DNA of 63,419 nt, the filler included, from Octopus bimaculoides (lineage: Eukaryota): assembly GCF_001194135.2 (NCBI RefSeq). It is 7 parts of 6 records of this genome, joined end to end, with 100 filler letters (N's around TTAATTAATTAA, not from the genome) between each part and the next. Parts side by side here need not be neighbours in the genome. Positions count along the whole stretch, not along the records: positions 1 to 22,533 come from NC_068984.1; 6 more parts are not named here. One strand, 5' to 3'. This document shows positions 1 to 10,080 of this stretch, piece after piece. Made by a program: the position numbers and the translations under genes. Position 1 is the first letter of the stretch; each line of letters begins with the position of its first letter. Under the pieces are notes generated by a model. It did no database searches, was not told the origin of the DNA, and was given only the letters and a program-made list of their open reading frames with translations.

Positions 1-35
1 CTTGGGGTTAGTAGCCCGCACTTAACCACTATGCC
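1..35 (-). mobile_element. Family D tRNA-like head, inverted partial copy running off the window start
   Basis: The reverse complement GGCATAGTGGTTAAGTGCGGGCTACTAACCCCAAG matches 47-83. Confidence 0.8.
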
Positions 36-40
36 CACAG

Positions 41-300
41 GCATATGGCATAGTGGTTAAGAGCGCGGGCTACTAAACCCAAGATTCTGAGTTCGATTCC
101 AAGCAGTGACCTGAATAATAATAATAATAATAATGATAATAATAATAATAAAATCAAAAAATGCCTTAGGAATGAGAACCCAGGTTTGAAATTTCCCCAA
201 GACACCTGATGAAGGCTGGAGGGTATATCAGCCGAAACGTTGTGTTAACAACAAACAAGATGAGGACAAATATCTGTGAAATGTAAATAATGTACATAAT
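41..300 (+). mobile_element. tRNA-head + hammerhead non-autonomous retroelement (family D), copy 1, complete
   Basis: A-box TGGCATAGTGG (46-56), B-box GTTCGATTCC (91-100), (TAA)n linker at about 113-150, hammerhead at 201-246, 3' tail ATGTAAATAATGTACATAAT. Near-identical copies at 5640-6007, 16333-16546 and 21214-21402. Confidence 0.85.
201..246 (+). ncRNA. Minimal type-I hammerhead ribozyme with intact core
   Basis: GACAC-CTGATGA(206-212)-A-GGCTG/GAGGGTATAT/CAGCC-GAAA(234-237)-CGTT-GTGTT. Stem I GACAC/GTGTT, 5-bp stem II, palindromic AACGTT in place of stem III, predicted GUU cleavage triplet. Confidence 0.8.
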
Positions 301-1395
301 TGTTTCATTGTAGATCAAAAACATTTTAAAGCTATTTTCTTTGTCATCATGTTCCAAGATGGCAATATTTGACAGATAAACATGTAACATAGTCATGCTA
401 TTAATTGATTAATACTGGTCAAAGATTTGTTGAACCACAGCAAGTCAATATGAAATAAAAGTTTAATAAACATTTGTGTTTCTGAATAAATGAAGCCAAT
501 AATATGAATTACCTGTCAACATTCAGATTTAAAATGTTACAACGACCACAAATAGAGTGGAGGTAAGCTCCTAGTGGAAGGAAACATCTGTGAGTCTTGT
601 TCTGACATTACCATAAGTCTGTGGTTCAGGTTTGGTTGGAAAAGAAAGTCAGTGCTGACCATTTTACTGTTTACTTGACTCAAAACCACCACAGCATTTT
701 TTAATTCATTCGATAACCGTTTGAAAACATTGATTATTTTTATTGAGCTTACCATCCTGTCTTCTATTTTGTTGAACTGTGGGACTGTGTAACATGCCAG
801 ACACATCTAGCAGCACCAGAAACTGTACAGAATATGAAACCAGTTGTGTGATAGAAACAAAACAAATTCCTCTTTGATTTCCATAGTTATTGTTAGTTTA
901 TTTAATACAAGGTAAGGTTTATTATTTTGTGCATATCAGAGAATATTTTGTGTTAAAATATTGTTTCCATCGAAGAAAGTAATCAGTTTAAACAAAGATT
1001 ACTGGAAAGTAAATAAGAATTTATTGAGTGCAAATGCCATTGTTCTTGTTTTACAGAAGATCATGGAAAACATGAAGTTTGACTCAAATAAGTAAATATA
1101 ATTAGATTTCAATTGTTTATTTAGAATAGCAGACAGCAAGGGATAGGTGCTGAAGCAGATGTAGATACTAGAGGGTTAAGGTTCCAATTCTAACATTCAC
1201 TCTAAACTAAATACTGAATTTTTTTTTCTATAGAGTTATTGTTTGATTTACTGAACTAATATTGATAAAACCTTTGAGAAAGGCATGAACATCGAACCAT
1301 CTCATTCATCTCTATGAATCTAGTTTTGTGTGCTTGTAGAAAAAAAATTACTATCAAATTTAAAATTCAATGCTTTTGTTTTCTCTTCTTCTATG

Positions 1396-1765
1396 GTAAT
1401 GTGGTAAGAAGTTTCCTTCTCGGCCACAACGTTCCAGGTTCAGTCTCACTGTGTGGCACCTTGAGCAAGTGTCTTCTACTATAGCCTTGAATCAACCAAA
1501 GCCTTGTGAGTGGATTTGGTTGAGAGAAATTGAAAGAGGCCTGTCATGTGTGTGTGTGCCTGTGTTTGTCCCCCACTACCATTTGACAACTGGGGTTGGT
1601 GTGTTTACATCCCCTTAACTTGGCAGTTTGGCAAAAGAGACTGATAGAAAAAAGTACCAGGCTTAAAAAAATATAAGTACCAGTGTCGATTTGTTCAACT
1701 AAAATTCTTCAATGTAGTGCCCCAGCATGGCCACATTCAACTGACTGAAACATGCAAAAGATGAT
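1396..1765 (+). mobile_element. tRNA-derived two-module SINE (family A, CORE-like; resembles octopus OR-type SINEs)
   Basis: GTGGTAAGAAG...GGTTCAGTCTCACTGTGTGGCACCTTGAGCAAGTGTCTTCTACTATAGCC...GAAATTGAAAGAGGCC, (TG)n linker, then the ...CCCAGCATGGCC...CTGACTGAAAC tail module. Confidence 0.8.
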
Positions 1766-2511
1766 AAAAAAAGGATTAATGAAAACCATTAACTGGACAC
1801 CATTTCTGTTTGTATTTATGATCTATTGTTACATGTTTACATGGAGAAATGGTTCTACAATTAGCTGAACATGTTTGATTTTAACATATCCCATAATTTT
1901 CTCTACAATAAACTTACTAATGGATTATACATTAATAAATCCGCAAATGGATTAATGTTAAAGGTTGCATGAAGCAATGAAAATTTTAGAACAAAATAAA
2001 TCATAAATGAGTGGAAATTGAACCAGTGCGTGTGTTAATTAATATGGCATTAAAACAGATTGGCACAACAAAACAAATTGTTTCATGTTAATTGTTTGTA
2101 AACGAATGTTAAAAATAAAGTGAGGATGTATCATAATTAACTTAGCTCACTAATTAAACTGTAACATTTATAAATATCAAGGATCTAATCTAAACAGTGA
2201 CACCATAATTTTAGGCAACTTCATCACTGTTTAGAATTTTTTAAAATCATGATAAGCCTGCATTACTAATAAGACAAGAACAGGGAGGGTAGATTACTTA
2301 ATCTTGTGCTGGGCAGATTTTATACACATTTCTTTGAAAGTCAAATACTATTTTCAGGCAAAACTCTTCCTGTATTTCTCCTCTGAAATCTCACTCAACA
2401 AACTTCCTGATGTATTCAGTATAGCAAGTCACATTTTCCTCCTACATGTTTTCAGTGCTACATGTAAATAAATATTTAATCATTCTCTTTGTTTCACCCT
2501 ATGTACCTGGC

Positions 2512-2737
2512 AACAGGTGAGAGGTTAAAAATAGTTCCTGGCTTTAAGAGTATTGCAAAAGACCTGGTTGGAAGACCAACCATCCAATTTCTTTTACAGG
2601 GCTTAGAAAAACTGAAGGACCACTGCAATAAGTGTGTGAATCTGAGAAGGGAATATGTTGAATAAAATCATAATTAACTGATTCTCCTGTATTTTCTTTT
2701 ACCCAAAACTAGGAACTTTACTGCCCCACCCCTTGTA
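2512..2737 (+). mobile_element. Mariner-derived MITE retaining the transposase C-terminus
   Basis: Encodes QGLEKLKDHCNKCVNLRREYVE*, the typical mariner end G.EKL..RW.KC....G.YVE*. Degenerate inverted termini AATAGTTCCTGGCTTT / AAAACTAGGAACTTTA. Confidence 0.75.
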
Positions 2738-2807
2738 CACAGACCCATTAGGTTAATGGTTAGGGATAAGAGATGGACTAGTGCTAGTTTCTCACTGTTC
2801 ATCATCA

Positions 2808-3052
2808 TCATCATTTAACATCCGCTTTCCATGCTGGCATGGGTTGGACAGTTTGACTGAGGGCTGGTGAGCCAGAAGGCTGCACCAGACCCCAATCCGA
2901 TGTGGCAATGTTTCTACAGCCGGATGCCCTTCCTAACACCAACCACTCTGAGAGTGTAGTGGGTGCTTTTACGTGCCACCAGCATGATGGTCAGTCAGGC
3001 GGTACTGGCATCAGCCACACTTGGATGGTGCTTTTTACATGCTAGCCGGCAC
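2808..3052 (-). mobile_element. (GAT)n-tailed retroposon (family C), 3' part
   Basis: (CAT)n-TTAACATCCGCTTTCCATGCTGGCATGGGTTGGAC...GGATGCCCTTCCTAAC...GGGTGCTTTTACGTGCCA, shared with five other loci. Confidence 0.75.
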
Positions 3053-3881
3053 TGGCTGTTAGATTTATATAACCGAAGAATTGAACTCAGCCCTGTAAAA
3101 TGCTTGTCCTTACCTTGGTTGGGTACTTTAGAGTTTGTTTGGGTGAATTTGAATGCTGCGAATAAGGTGTCTTTGCCACAGGCCTGATATTGTATTGGGG
3201 GAAAAGATAGGAGGTGCCAGGCTTTTGTTTGGTCTCAAAGGCAGTTACATTATAAATAAGAGGGATATTAAACCAATTGTTCCTAGTTTCCAACACTAAT
3301 ATCTCACTAGTATTGGTGTGGAGATGGAGATAAAATGAGGGAGAGAAACAGAGAGAGAGGAGAGAATGGATAGGAGAGAGGAAAGGAGACTTAATGATGA
3401 GATCAACTACATCAAATGGAAGATCCTTTCTTAAGCCAAACCTTTATATTAATAGTCAAAAAGTTCTGTATGATCACTTGAAAAACTGTATCTTTTAAAA
3501 AACTTAACCTTCAGTAACTGTATAAATATGAGGAATGAGATCTTTTCTTCCTGCCCACACTTTATAAAATACATCTTAGTGAAATTTAAGAACACATTCC
3601 AGTGTTGTTTTATGTAATTTTTTGGTATTTGTAAGGCACTGGTTGTATTTACTGTTCAGTTCATTATCTCCCCTTCATTTTTCTCCGCCTTTTTCTAAAT
3701 GCGTGTGCTCAACCAAACGTCTGTTGCATTGAATGCAGGTACTAAACTGTCATTGTTTTTACTAGCTTCATAAATGGCAAAATAAATTAATATTTCAATC
3801 AGGGAAACCTGAGTAACTGTTTTTCACAAGGCTTTTTGCTTTGTATTTTTTATCATAATAATAATATATATATATATATAT

Positions 3882-3913
<32 letters not shown>

Positions 3914-4391
3914 GTACATAGACAGACAGATAGATAGATTGGTGCATATGTATCACTGTTTATGGAGATAAACACACACACACACACACACACACTTTGT
4001 ACACATATCTATTTGAAGGATTTCTATGAGGATTTTTTTCCAAACTACCAAATGTCTGAAATGACTTATTACTACAAGAGTCGTTATGTATTGATTGGAC
4101 TAGCAATCTCATATTATTAATATTTACACAATATGGCACATTTCTAAACATCAAACAAGTATAGAATTACTCAGTGTATAGAGTTTGTTGCTGTTGTTGT
4201 CGTTGTTGTTATTATTGTTGTTGTTTTAAACCTACGTATGCTATGCATATGTCCCTTCTTTTTCAGTGTATATCGTGTATAATTACTTTCTTTCTTTCAA
4301 TATTTTCTTGTCATTTCATTCTATGTAAACCCCAACACTTTGTCTTTGTATTGTCCTCCTCATCTTTCACCCTTGTGGCAAATAAATGAAA

Positions 4392-4449
<58 letters not shown>

Positions 4450-4569
4450 CATCATTATTATTATTATTGTTATTATTATTATTAAGAGAGCAATGTATGT
4501 GTTCCGAACAGCTGCGTACCAGACTTGTCTCTCTATAGCATCTATTGTATATGTATGTATATGTATACT

Positions 4570-4937
4570 CTTTACTCTTTTACTTGTTTCAGTCACTTGA
4601 CTGTGGCCATGCTGGAGCACCACCTTTAGTCGAGCAAATCGACCCCAGGACTTATTCTTTGTAAGCCTAGTACTTATTTTATCAATCTCTTTNNNNNNNN
4701 NNNNNNNNNNNNNNNNNNNNNNNNNNNNNNNATATACACACACATACATAAATATATATATATATATATACATATATACGACGGGCTTCTTTCAGTTTCC
4801 GTCTATCAAATCCACTCACAAGGCTTTGGTCAGCCCGAGGCTATAGTAGAAGACACTTGCCCAAGGTGCCGTATAGTGGGACTGAACCCGGAACCATGTG
4901 GTTCATAAGCAAGCTACTTACCACACAGCCACTCCTA
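4570..4937 (-). mobile_element. Family A SINE
   Basis: CTTGTTTCAGTCA...GGCCATGCTGGAGCACC tail and CGACGGGCTTCTTTCAGTTTCC...CTTGCCCAAGGTGCC...CTTACCACACAGCC head on the minus strand. Confidence 0.85.
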
Positions 4938-5639
4938 TGTACAAATAAATATATATATATATATATATATCCGTATGCATGTATGCTTGCCCAGATATCC
5001 TTGTGCTTCTCAGTCCTTCCAGTATTGATGAAATACCAGTAATATTTGTGTCTCTTTTACCTGCTAAAATGATTCTTAAAAGAAAGTTTATCTTTATGAT
5101 TATTCTAAAGACATTCATTATCGTTTTATCAAACGTTATCTACAGGCCATTATATGTTGTCATGCGGCTCTGTTACTATCATCAGCATCACCATCACATC
5201 TACCAACATCATCACCATTATTGTCACAACCACCACCACCTCTTCATCGTTATCATTGTCACTGTTATCGTTAGTGTCATGTTGCTAGCTGTTGTACAGT
5301 GTACCTCCACTCCTCTGTCATCACACAGTTATAACTCTACAGTCTCCAGTCTGACCTAACTACTTTATCACCAGTGCCTTACTCTTCCACAATCTGCTTT
5401 TACCATTGTCTCATTGTAAAAGACAGTGCCATCAATTTAACGGCATCTGTTCCAATGTCAACTAATGCATTTGATGGTGTTGTTAGTTGACATTCATTAA
5501 GGGATCACATCCAACATTGCTATCATCTTATCCAGCAAAATCTACTTTTACTATTGTTAGTCACCTTTGCCCCTTTCTAACATATATCTCCCACACTGTT
5601 CCGACAGACAAATTCTCTTGTTCCATATTTAAGAGATCA

Positions 5640-5794
5640 GGAATTATGTACATTATTTACATTATTTACATTTGACAGATATTTGGCCTCATCTTGTTTG
5701 TTGTTAACACGTTTTGGCTGATATACTCTCCAGCCTTCATCTGGTGTCTTGTGTAAATTTCGAACCTGGGTTCTCATTCTTACGCCATATACCC
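5640..5794 (-). mobile_element. Family D copy 2 (tRNA head internally deleted, hammerhead core mutated)
   Basis: Minus strand: GGGTATATGGCGTA joined to AGAATGAGAACCCAGG...GACAC-CAGATGA-AGGCTGGAGAGTATATCAGCC-AAAACGTGTT. Confidence 0.8.
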
Positions 5795-5796
5795 GT

Positions 5797-6007
5797 GGGT
5801 ATATGGCGTAGTTGTTAAGAGCATGGGCTACTAACCCCAAGATTCCGAGTTCAATTCCAGGCAGTGACCTGAATAATAATAATAGTAACAACAACACCGA
5901 AAAATACCTTAGGAATGAGAACCCAGGTTCGAAATTTCCCCAAGACACCAGATGAACGCTGTGTTAACAACAAACAAGATAAGGACAAATATCTGTCAAA
6001 TGTAAAT
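5797..6007 (+). mobile_element. Family D copy 3 (full head, hammerhead stem II deleted)
   Basis: GGGTATATGGCGTAGTTGTTAAGAGC...GAGTTCAATTCC...(TAA)n...GACAC-CAGATGA-ACGCT-GTGTT. Confidence 0.8.
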
Positions 6008-6188
6008 TCCCTTGTTGTCTATATAATATTGTTGTTCTCATCCAATAGTTTCTGACTTTGTATGGTTGCATTGGTAATAAGCAATAAACTGAAGGCACTG
6101 ACATATCACCCCCTCCTGTCTTGGTTGATTGAGTTTTTAGGTGAAATCGGACTGAAAAGCTCAATGGCTCAATATTCTGTGTCCAGTA

Positions 6189-6460
6189 AGACAGCGAGCT
6201 GGTGGAATCATTAGCACGCTGGACAAAATGCTTAGCCGTATTTCGCCTGTTGCTATGTTCTGAGTTCAAATTCCACCGGGTGAAATGCTTAGTGGTATTT
6301 CGTCTGCCGTTACATTCTGAGTTCAAATTCCGCCAAGGTCAGCTTCGCCTTTCATCCTTTCAGGGTTGATAAATTAAGTACCAGTTGTGTACTGGGATCA
6401 ATCTAATCAACTAGCCCCTCCCCCAAAATTTCAGGCCTTGTACCTAGAGTAGAAAAGAAT
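6189..6460 (+). mobile_element. tRNA-derived SINE (family B; resembles octopus OK-type) with a duplicated B-box module
   Basis: GCGAGCTGGTGGAATCATTAGCAC, two copies of AAATGCTTAG...TTCTGAGTTCAAATTCC, then CCTTTCATCCTTTC...AAATTAAGTACCAG...GTAGAAAAGAA. Confidence 0.85.
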
Positions 6461-6584
6461 ATTCTGTGTCCAGTACTTCTGCGTCGGACCCTTGACCAAG
6501 ATGCTTCTCACTAAGTCTGCATCACTGTCAACAGGAAAGGCATAATTAGATACGAGCACAACACCTTCTATCAACTGGACTTGT

Positions 6585-7058
6585 TTCAGTCATTTGACTG
6601 TGGCTATGCTGGGGCACCGCCTTGAAGAATTTTAGTCAAACAAATCAACTCCAGTACTTTTTTCTTAGGTCTGGTACTTACTTCATCGATCCCTTCTGCT
6701 GAACTGCTAAGTTATGGGTACATAAATACACCAACACTGGTTGTCAAGCAGTGGTGGGGGACAGATACAGACAAATACACACACACACACACAGATTGGA
6801 GCCTGGTGTAGCCATCCGGTTTCACCAGTCCTCAGTCAAATCTTCCAGCCCATGCTAGCATGGAAAGCGGACGTTAAACGATGATGATGATGATGATGAC
6901 ACACACACCTATAATGGGATTCTTTCAGTTTCCATCTACTAGATCTACTCACAAGGCTTTGGTAAGCGTGAGGCTATAGTATAAGATATTTGCCTAAGGT
7001 GCCATACATTGGAATTGATCCTGGAGCCATGTGGTTGGGAGGCAAACTCCTTACCACA
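6585..7058 (-). mobile_element. Family A SINE interrupted by a family C tail (6792-6899, + strand) inside its (CA)n linker
   Basis: A-tail at 6585-6790, inserted AGATTGGAGCCTGGTG...GGACGTTAAAC(GAT)n, then the A-head resumes after ACACACAC at about 6900. Confidence 0.75.
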
Positions 7059-7397
7059 AGTTTCTCCACAAGGCCTTGTTTGTCCGTGTTATCCTCCATA
7101 GGATGGATGGATGGATTTAAACACCAGAAGGCAATGAAATTAGGTTGAATGTCATGAATAAAAACATTTCTTACAGACAGCTGCATTTATGGTGGTGACT
7201 GCATTATTGAAATTGTTGCAATTTGAAATTAAAAATGCAAGTATTTATCAAACAGCACGACTGTCTAACTTTTGATTACTGTTAAGTAATTAACTCTGAA
7301 AAAGTAATTTCTATTTCACATTTATATATATATTTATGTGTGTGTGTGTGTAAAACAAACAAAAATAACAACAAAGGAACATTCAGTATTTCAGCTC

Positions 7398-7461
<64 letters not shown>

Positions 7462-7611
7462 TCGGTTGAGTCAGAAAGTAATGCAATTTTTATTTGTGTT
7501 ACTTTTTGACTTTTGCATACACAAAGGTGAGTCAAGAAGTAACGCAAATAAAAATTACTAATGTTACTGTGTTTCGTGCTTTCTGAAAATCCTAACGAAG
7601 CAGTTGTTACA

Positions 7612-7985
7612 TAGGTGCAGGTGTGGCTGTGTGGTGAGAAGTTTACTTCCCGATCACATGATTCCAGGTTCAGTCCCACTGTGTGACAGTAGACCCTTGA
7701 GCCAACCAAAGCCTTGTGAGTGGATTTGGTGGATGGAAACTGAAAGAAGCCCATCATATGTGTGTGTATGTATTTGTGCCTGTGTTTGTCCCCACCACTG
7801 ATTGACAGCCTGTGCTGGTGTGTTTACATCCCCATAACATAGCAGTTCAGCAAAAAAAGACTGATAGAATAAGTACCAAGCTTTGAAAAAGTTATTGGAT
7901 CAATTCATTCAACTGAAACTCTTCGAAGCATTGCCCCAGTATGGCCGCAGTCTAAAGACTGAAACAAGTAAATATTAAAAGATAA
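7612..7985 (+). mobile_element. Family A SINE
   Basis: TAGGTGCAGGTGTGGCTGTGTGGTGAGAAG...GGTTCAGTCCCACTG...GAAACTGAAAGAAGCCC...GCCCCAGTATGGCCGCAGTC...GAAACAAGTAAA. Confidence 0.8.
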
Positions 7986-8236
7986 AACTGAACATTCTGT
8001 TTTGAACATTTTCCAAAATTATGTTTTCTAGGGCAGTTTTCATGTTTTACCTTCAGTCATTTACTTACAACTGTCCAGGTGTGTCATCCCCGTCTCTGGT
8101 CTCTCGTGAACCCTAAACACTGTGGAAACAACTGCTTACTACACACAAAACTTATTGTTTAAAAAATCCTTACTGAATTCCAACAATATTATAACAACAT
8201 CAAAATTATTACCATCATCATTTTATATTTGTCTTC

Positions 8237-8370
8237 CACATGAGGAAATAGGTTGGATGGCTCCGCAGGACTCAATGAATTCCCACATGAGAATAGGTCA
8301 GATGGCTCCACAGGTCCCAGTGAATTCCCACGTGACAATAGGTCAAATGGCTCCACAGGACCCAATGAAT
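8237..8370. repeat. 45-47 bp minisatellite, three copies
   Basis: Units start at 8237, 8284 and 8329; consensus CACATGAGAATAGGTCAGATGGCTCCACAGGACCCAATGAATTCC. Confidence 0.85.
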
Positions 8371-8859
8371 AGGAGGACTGCATCATGTTGCAGTGTCTCC
8401 TTCAGCATGGCTTCTAATGTGGGTTGCCTTTCTTAATGCCATCCACTTTATAGAGTGTACTGGGGGTTATTATTCATAGCACCAGCAACTGTGAGGTCAC
8501 AGGAGTGGGGGGGGAGAGGCCATACAACCAAGTTACTGGAAGGTGTATATAGGGAAGTGAACCAGGGAATGGAGGGGTGAGTGGGAGCTGGTGGGGGATG
8601 TAGGGTGTGGACACAGGTAGCGGGAAGGGATATTAGGAATATATGTTGTGGGGAAGGGATTCAGCAAGAACATATTGTGTGCGGGGGGGAAAGTTTGTAA
8701 GGGAGAATGAAGGGGGTGGTCAGCATGGGCGGAGAATGCGTGAATATATTGGAGGGGAGGATGGGTTGTGGTGGTGGTGGTTGTGGCATGGTTATAAAAG
8801 ACATAGTTTTATATCATAGATTTTAACTGGATGGGTCTTCTCATGCCCAGGAAATTGCC

Positions 8860-9135
8860 ATACTGGTATGGGTTGGATAGTTTGACTGGGGTCTGGGAAG
8901 CCGTGAGGCTTCACCAGGCCCCAATCTGATCTGGCAGTGTTTCTACAGCTGGATGCCCTTCCTAATGCCAACCACTCCGACAGTGTAGTGGGTGCTTTTT
9001 ACATGCCACTGGCACAGGGGCCAGAAGAGCTGGTATCGACGAGGATCGGTTGGTGGTTTTTACATGCAACCAGTCAAAGTAGCACTGGCATCGGCCACGT
9101 TCGGATGGTGCTTTTTACATGCTACCAGCACGGGG
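8860..9135 (-). mobile_element. Family C retroposon fragment
   Basis: GGTATGGGTTGGATAG...CTACAGCTGGATGCCCTTCCTAATGCCAACCACTCC...GGTGCTTTTTACATGC, repeated internally. Confidence 0.7.
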
Positions 9136-9269
9136 CTCACAACTACAATTTCCATTTGATTAGATTTTGATATTGCTGTTGATGTTGAAGTTAGTTATAG
9201 AAAGACTAGCCGTGTGTATATGAGGTATATATAAAGACAAGCTATACAGAGCTGGCCATATATGAGGTT

Positions 9270-9274
9270 TAGAA

Positions 9275-9340
<66 letters not shown>

Positions 9341-9810
9341 GTATATATATATATATATGCATACACGAAGTGTAAGAAGACAAGCTGTATACACATGAGG
9401 TATGAGAAGACAGTCTGTATAGAGCTAGGACATACATACTCAAGATGCAAGGAGATAAACTCTACTGAGCTACAGATATGTATGTAATATATATATATAT
9501 ACACACACACACAAACAAGCTGTGTCCATTGTTAAGCTATGTATTCAAATATGTCTGCATAATTTATTGATGTAGATTTGTGTATGTATGTATATGCATA
9601 TGTAGATACATATATCATCTGTGTGTGTATGTGTAGATATATATACAGCTATGCAGAGATGCACATACAATCAGTTACGCAAGCATACAAACTATTAACC
9701 TACATATATAAACAGTTACACTCATATATACATATAAATATGTTATGCACGCACACACACACACACACGCACACACACACACACTCACACACACACACTC
9801 ACACACACAC

Positions 9811-9841
<31 letters not shown>

Positions 9842-9973
9842 CATATAAACAGTTACACACACTTACATGTGATATATACATTTGTAGTTTTCACCGTGGC
9901 TATTTACTGGCGTAATTTCAAATGAAATTGTTTATGTGTGTCTATATAGATATGTGCTTGTATCAGTATGTAC

Positions 9974-10010
<37 letters not shown>

Positions 10011-10049
10011 TGTGTCTATTTGTATATATATATATATATATATATATTC

Positions 10050-10080
<31 letters not shown>

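Noticed and set aside
46-105. tRNA gene (apparent ACT anticodon) at the head of family D
   Set aside because: No complete acceptor stem, variable among copies, and always fused to the repeat body; it is a SINE-type head.
537-806. 89-aa minus-strand ORF with nearby splice-like signals
   Set aside because: No recognisable domain, and the candidate acceptor and donor pairs do not give a consistent open exon.
1057-1091. Possible 35-nt micro-exon (KIMENMKFDSN)
   Set aside because: Good acceptor but weak donor (AA|GTAAAT), too short to recognise, and no partner exons found.
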